28,478 nt of DNA. Source: Xylographa opegraphella (taxonomy: Eukaryota). The position numbers were made by a program, and so were the translations under genes. The notes beneath the pieces were generated by a model. The model had not been told where the DNA came from and ran no database searches. It saw only the letters and a list, made by a program, of their open reading frames with translations. Positions 22,801 to 28,478 of this stretch are shown piece after piece. The stretch is from positions 434,001 through 462,478 of the forward strand of contig JALDZX010000013.1 in the NCBI GenBank assembly GCA_022813865.1, given 5' to 3'. Numbering within the stretch: position 1 is the first letter of the stretch; every line of letters starts with the position of its first letter.

Positions 22801-23910
22801 GAATCCCATATCAATTTCGAGCACAATAGGAGTTCAAGTGGCTCTCTGACCGACTCTGATCTCGAAGGATTCAGTTCTTCCCTTTGTAGCACAGAGTCTA
22901 CTGGATCTGATGCCTCTAATGGCACAAATGAATCAGATGGATCAAAATTTCTCACCCCGGATTCGGTGCCGAACTCTTTCAACTCATTCAAACCACCGAG
23001 AAAATATATAAATGGCCAAGGATTTGATATAAATGATTTACTGGAAACGGATGACACAGTAACTGAATCTGTTTTTGATGCAGGGCAAGGTTCAACTGAG
23101 CGATTTGTACGACCTTGTCAACCAGTGTCTCATATGTCTCATTTTGTGCTAAATGGACTTCTTGTCGCAATGCACCACAAGTTCAAGGACGAGGATAAGT
23201 ACTTCAACTATCATTCTGACGATGAACTGAAGGTTCGAAATGGCGATATCGAGAATTTTTAGTCATCCGATTCTAATGTAAAATCACATAACGACGTATG
23301 TATGCACGGATCAATTAGTGATAGCTTGATCGATTCTGATCCTGTTACCACGACACCTCAAGCTACGAAGGTCTCGACTTATGCAGCACCTCAATTCGGG
23401 AGAAGCTCATTTATTGGCCATGTGATTATTTCCAGAACAAATGATGACGACCAGGCTGTGACAATGAAGGCAGCCGTGGAGGAAAAGCAAATCAAGAACG
23501 GTTCGACACCAGGAATTACTTTAATACGGTCTCCTACAAGCCAAGATTGGGCGAGTCTCAGCCAACCATCCATTTTAATGCTTCCAACTGAAGCACCATC
23601 AATAGGGACGAATGTTTTGGGTTCATCGACTGAAGAGACAAAATTGAGTCTGGGGGAGCGACGGGCAAGAGAACGGGATACTCCCGAAACCCCAGGAATA
23701 CGAACCACTGCTGGAAAAGCCGAAGGTCAAGGCTTCGTACGGTGTCCCAACATCCTGACATCGCGCCTTGAAGATGCAATCGTTGAACCCGTGCCTTTCG
23801 ACTGTGGTGTAGGCTTCTCCCTACCGGTCCCAAACCTCTCCGATTCTTTGCTATATGGTAGTATTGCAGGATATTTGGGGTATCGAATTTTTACTGCATT
23901 ACGACGGTGA
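19822..23910 (+). pseudogene. Large uncharacterised acidic/Ser-rich gene interrupted by in-frame stops and frameshifts
   Basis: Clean 5' exons 19822-19869 and 19956-20018, then 20067 onward (GT-AG introns with branch sites). In-frame TAA at 20970-20972 and TAG at 23260-23262, each followed by open frame. Frameshift near the A6 run at 21676-21681 and further frame changes at about 22380-22535. Confidence 0.72.
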
Positions 23911-24299
23911 TTCCCTGGATGTTTGACGATTTTATCAGGAGTTGCTCGAATGTCGTTCTATTGCAAGGCATTATGATTACACGAAGTTCGGGTGGTACGG
24001 GATGAGGTGTGAAGTCATGGGTTGTTAAATATACGCATAACGCAGTGAAGGTTTATTTGCATTATGAGCCAGATCTTCGAGGGTTAAGAAGTCTGACTTG
24101 GCATCGATAAGTTGGCTGTGGAATGAAATGACGTTGGTCTTAGAGATGATCGTGGATAAGTGTTGGGATGCTTGGCACTTGGCACTTACATAGTAAGGTA
24201 GTCATCATTGTCCAGATCATTGTAGTACTAAATAAGTCATTCGATGATTACGGCACTTTGCCACACCTCTGAAAGTACAAATGTCACGGATCCACCTCG

Positions 24300-26712
24300 C
24301 TAAGCCGCACGCCGCCAGCCGGCCGGTTTCGGCAGTAGGTTCCACCAGCACCACCGTGCGTTGAACCACCAATTAGCTATCTCCTCATCCGATAGGCCAT
24401 CGTCTCTCATTCTCTGTATGAAGAGCTGACCCCTCTTCTCCAACCGTTCCAGGCCTGCTGCCCTGTGGGGTGCTGTGTGTTCGACTACTGTTCCTCTGTT
24501 GACACCTTGGAATAATTCGTCAGGAGATGCTGTCCAACCTCGCCCCAGAAGACCAGAACCGTTCGAATTGTCTCTCAAATTTTGCCGTATTTGTGAAAAG
24601 CTGAGTTTCGCCTGAGTCTCATCCAGATTCGGGTCATAGAATCCTCCTTCATTCCCAGGACGCCTTCCCTCGCGGCCCCTTGGTAGAAACAGTTTGAAGT
24701 CGTCCACACTCTGTTGACCCTTCTCATCCAGAACACCAGAGATACCTCGACTTTCTTCCGGCAGGCCGACAGAGTATGTGAGATCGTGCATGGGACATGT
24801 ACAAGTTAGGCCTTTGTACGTTCTATTGGCTGTATGGTCTGACAATATTGCTTTAGAGCCGTTGGGAATAATTCCGTCGGTTAAGGTGGAGCCCCAAGGA
24901 TCATCGAAATGGGGGCTCAAGTCCAGCAACCTTACATGCGCTTTCCCATCCACTCTAGAAACTCCGGACATCACGATCTGAACACCACTCTGTACGTCAA
25001 TGGCATGTTTGAGGCCAGATCCGGAGCGTTCAATATTGCTCTCGATGTCAAGGTCGGAATTGACCTTGGGGTTAAGGGCAAGTCCTCCGTCGGTATAATC
25101 ATTAGAAGTCCAGATAGATTGATGGAGTTGACGAAGAGGACTTTCCTTGTGCAATCCGCCGAGACCCAGAGGCACTGTGGATATCCTTATCTGCCGGAGA
25201 GCTTGAAGCTTGGTGTGCCGAAGCGAGTCACCAGGTTTTACTTTGTATAGGAAAAGTTCCGCCGGACTTGATGGACACCAAGGATCCACCCAACTGATGA
25301 CCATGCGGAATTTCTGGGGACACCATTGTTTACTAGCGTAGCAAACTGAAAGATTCCGGAACACCATGCGTTTCTTTGGGGCGAAGATCCGGATCGTGGG
25401 ATTCACAGTGTAGGACCGATTTCCCGGGATAGAATCCACACCTCGCACACAGCGTACCATGACAAGGTGTAATTGCTGAGTCGCGATATGTTTCGCGACT
25501 ATGAGCCTTTCAGAGCATCTACAGGGCTGGTCAGTTGAGTATAGCTGATTCATATCAGTGCCTGTGAGAGCCTAGATCAATAATCACACTACTTACCTCA
25601 ATTGTATCCATTTCCCTCAAGAGTACCCATTTACCCGTGTTGGGATCGTTGATAACCCGAGCTCCTGGATCGTCTTGTTTGACAGCAGCCAAGAGTAGGC
25701 TGGTGCCTGACTCGATTTTACTTTGTATAACATCACGAGCTCCGATTGCTTCTATGTGCTCTACACATTGTTCTGTATCTGTGATGGTCTCCCCTTTGAA
25801 TCCGATGCTATCGTCAGCAACTGAAGCTAAGTGGGTATATTCGACCGGCACAACGATCAGCTTCAAGAAAGACTCGGTGTTTGCAAATTGCGCGCGTGGT
25901 TCGACTCTACAGCCTCGAAGCCAAGTATGGCAGGGGGACCTCAGGAGTATTGGGTGATTGAACGAGCGGCTCAATACATCGTGTCCTAGGCCAACGACTT
26001 CGAGCTCGTTCACATACTCTGGACAGCTCACACTTCCGAGATGGCTAGGCCGTCCGCAAGAGTTGAGAGAGTAGAATACTATTCTTTTCTCCCCTTCGGT
26101 CATAGCGATATCGCCCCGGAGGTCCGGAAAAGGCTTGACGAGAAGTATCACGACCCGGACCGGGTTCCAGTATGACATCCATTCGATCGTCTGTTTCCGT
26201 GGTAACTGACTTGACGACAATCCGAACCCAACGTCCACCGCACGAAAATTCTGCTTCCATGAGCGATCGTCATCCAGATGGTGTAGTACCTTCGCCGCTT
26301 TCTGAAATTCCACGTTTAAGCGTTGCAGATCAGAGGTTTCCCTGATGCATTTGTCAAGTCGTGATTGGCGTGGGTTGCATTGACTGTCAGCGGAAAGTAA
26401 GACCGATTGCAAGAGTCCGACGTTCGTCGTAATACAGTTCCACCAGGTCTTACAGGTACATCGAGCGGCGTCGAGATCCATAATGCCAAGGTTTGCAAGC
26501 ATTCGATCTCTGATTTCCTTAGGTAGAGCCGTTACGCGGTCACTCGAACTTCTATCGGCCTGAGATTCGCCAACTTGATCCAAGTATGCATGCGGCGATG
26601 AGGGGTGTGGCTCATGAAAATCAAAACCTTCACCAGGAGGAGGGATGTCATAGTAATACTGTCGACCCCTCTCACCTCCTTGGGGAATGACACGAAAGCT
26701 TCGGTGTGGCAT
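24300..26712 (-). CDS. F-box domain protein (~786 aa)
   Basis: ORFs 25555-26712 and 24300-25553 are joined in frame by intron 25596..25545 (GTAAGT...CTGAT...CAG). F-box-like motif VTALPKEIRDRMLANLGIMDLDAARCTCKTWWNCI. Confidence 0.8.
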
Positions 26713-27380
26713 GATCCCACAACCTACAGTAGATTGTTCTCGATCAGTGGCCCACAGCTTGGAACAGAAGGGAGAATGAAAGGACGAATGCCTTCATGCT
26801 GGCAACGTGCTCATATCAACCAGAGTGCTGCAGATTTGATGTCGTTTCTTCTCAGCACAACATCGCTGCCTACCTTAGGCGGACCAATCGAGACGTGCGC
26901 ACGTGACGATATGGATGGCAAAATTCCCTGAAGGGCACGGTTCGCCCAGCAGCATGTGCCGATCAAGACTTCGGGGGAATTCGGATGGCCAACAGTCAAC
27001 TAATCCAGGGGACTTAAGGGACATGCCCACCGGTGTGTGTACCAAGCGCCAGCTCGCGGCACGCTCGCGTGTGTACGAGATCAGCGCTCCATCATCCTCG
27101 GTAAAAATAAGCAACTACCGAGACGGAAGAGAAAAGCAGAATAGAAGAAATCGGACGTTTCGGCCAAGGACGATCAGGAAGCGTCAGTTCTGGGAAGTGA
27201 GGCCAAGTATCTGCATAGAAGTGGACGCTGGACAGGATATCAACGCAGGCACACTGGATGACGCGAATGCTGAAAATGCTTGCGCTCGGTGGCGCTCTGT
27301 ATATAAATGCAAGGCCGGCCGAGCCAGATGAAGTAACCAGAACTGACGGACGGCGAAGACATGGTGGTGATAAGATACGC

Positions 27381-27416
27381 GTCGTCGTCGTCGTCGTTGT
27401 CGTCGGCGTCATCATC
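27381..27416. repeat. (GTC)n microsatellite
   Basis: GTCGTCGTCGTCGTCGTTGTCGTCGGCGTCATCATC. Confidence 0.8.
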
Positions 27417-27817
27417 ACTATGTATACAGCAGGATCTTGGAGTATGAGAGCACAATCGCACTGAGTAGTCTACCTTTGGGATGATCTGATGTGAAATCAG
27501 ACTCCAAGTCTTCTGGGTCCTAGCCGAGAACAGGGGACATATTGGGCTCGGCGAGACTCCGCGGTTGAATCTCCTTCGGCCAGGGCCCGGGGAGCAGGCG
27601 GGCGCGGGATCATCGATGGGCTCCGCAAGCGGCGCTCCCACGCCTGCGATAGCCGGAGCACATGATGTGCATCAGCCCATCAGGTGCAACTCGCCTAATG
27701 TAAGCTGGCAGCTTTGGCGTCGCAGCGAACCGTGGTTGGAGCACGATCCATGTGCGGCAACAGAAGAGAGGATTCACGGCCAGGTGCGTTAGGCAGTGCT
27801 AGGGTGCAAAAGGATGG

Positions 27818-28430
27818 ATTTTAATTAAAGTGCGAAAAACCTGCCTTTATAGGTTAGGCCCTACTAAGCTCGCTAGCCCTTTTGGGTCAAACCCTATAAT
27901 TACTAATTCTTTATAATAAGTAAATCTCTCAATTTGCAAATGGATTGGCTTACAGGCATTAAAATATATATATAACGATAAAAAATGATTAAGTAAAACG
28001 GTTTAAAATAGTATAAAATTTTTATAAATACTTATAAAATTATATTTAAATTAAATTAAAGTTGCAATAAAAAAGGAATTAATATAAAAAAAATTAAAAT
28101 AACCGTGGGTTTAAAACGTAATTTACGTATATTTTAATAAGCTAAAAATATATCTTTATTAAAAATATAAAATATTTAACTCTAGGGCGAAAAATACGAA
28201 AATAATCTTTATAAAAAAATTAATACGTTTTTTATTAAATTACGCGATAGTATAAAAAGTTTTGTATAAACTTTCATCAGCAAAAAGAATTCTGGCTTAA
28301 ATTTTAAGGTTTTACAAATTGATCAAAAAATATGCTTTTTGCGCGTTCAGCACTTCTAGCGAAAAGTTTTGCGTTTTGCTCTTTTAGTAAATTATTTTTA
28401 ATATTTAAAATACGTATAAAGTTGAAATGA
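27818..28430. mobile_element. AT-rich, RIP-like degraded repeat or transposon relic (family not identifiable)
   Basis: Abrupt switch to very AT-rich sequence with abundant TpA, scarce CpA/TpG, retained CpG and no ORFs. Confidence 0.6.
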
Positions 28431-28478
28431 ATGGGTGGAATCAGTATGGTGGAACCAGTGCTTCATTGAACTACCTGT

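Overview
Gene-dense window from a filamentous ascomycete (Pezizomycotina-type) nuclear genome, with short GT-AG introns carrying CTRAY branch sites. Conserved genes: TCP1/CCT-alpha (minus, truncated by the window edge) head-to-head with cytosolic prolyl-tRNA synthetase, a GMF/Aim7 ADF-H protein, a molybdopterin-binding/CinA-like protein, Ras (RasA/Ras1 type), a YMR226C/YdfG-like SDR and an F-box protein. There are also two degenerate tandem paralogues of an uncharacterised family and an AT-rich, RIP-like relic at the right end. The standout is 5914-6096: a tRNA-Gln(UUG) gene that forms a complete 72-nt cloverleaf only after removing two apparent spliceosomal (GT...CTAAY...AG) introns, one in the D-loop and one in the anticodon loop, plus a 7-nt canonical 37/38 tRNA intron. 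All calls come from reading the sequence by eye; no searches were run.
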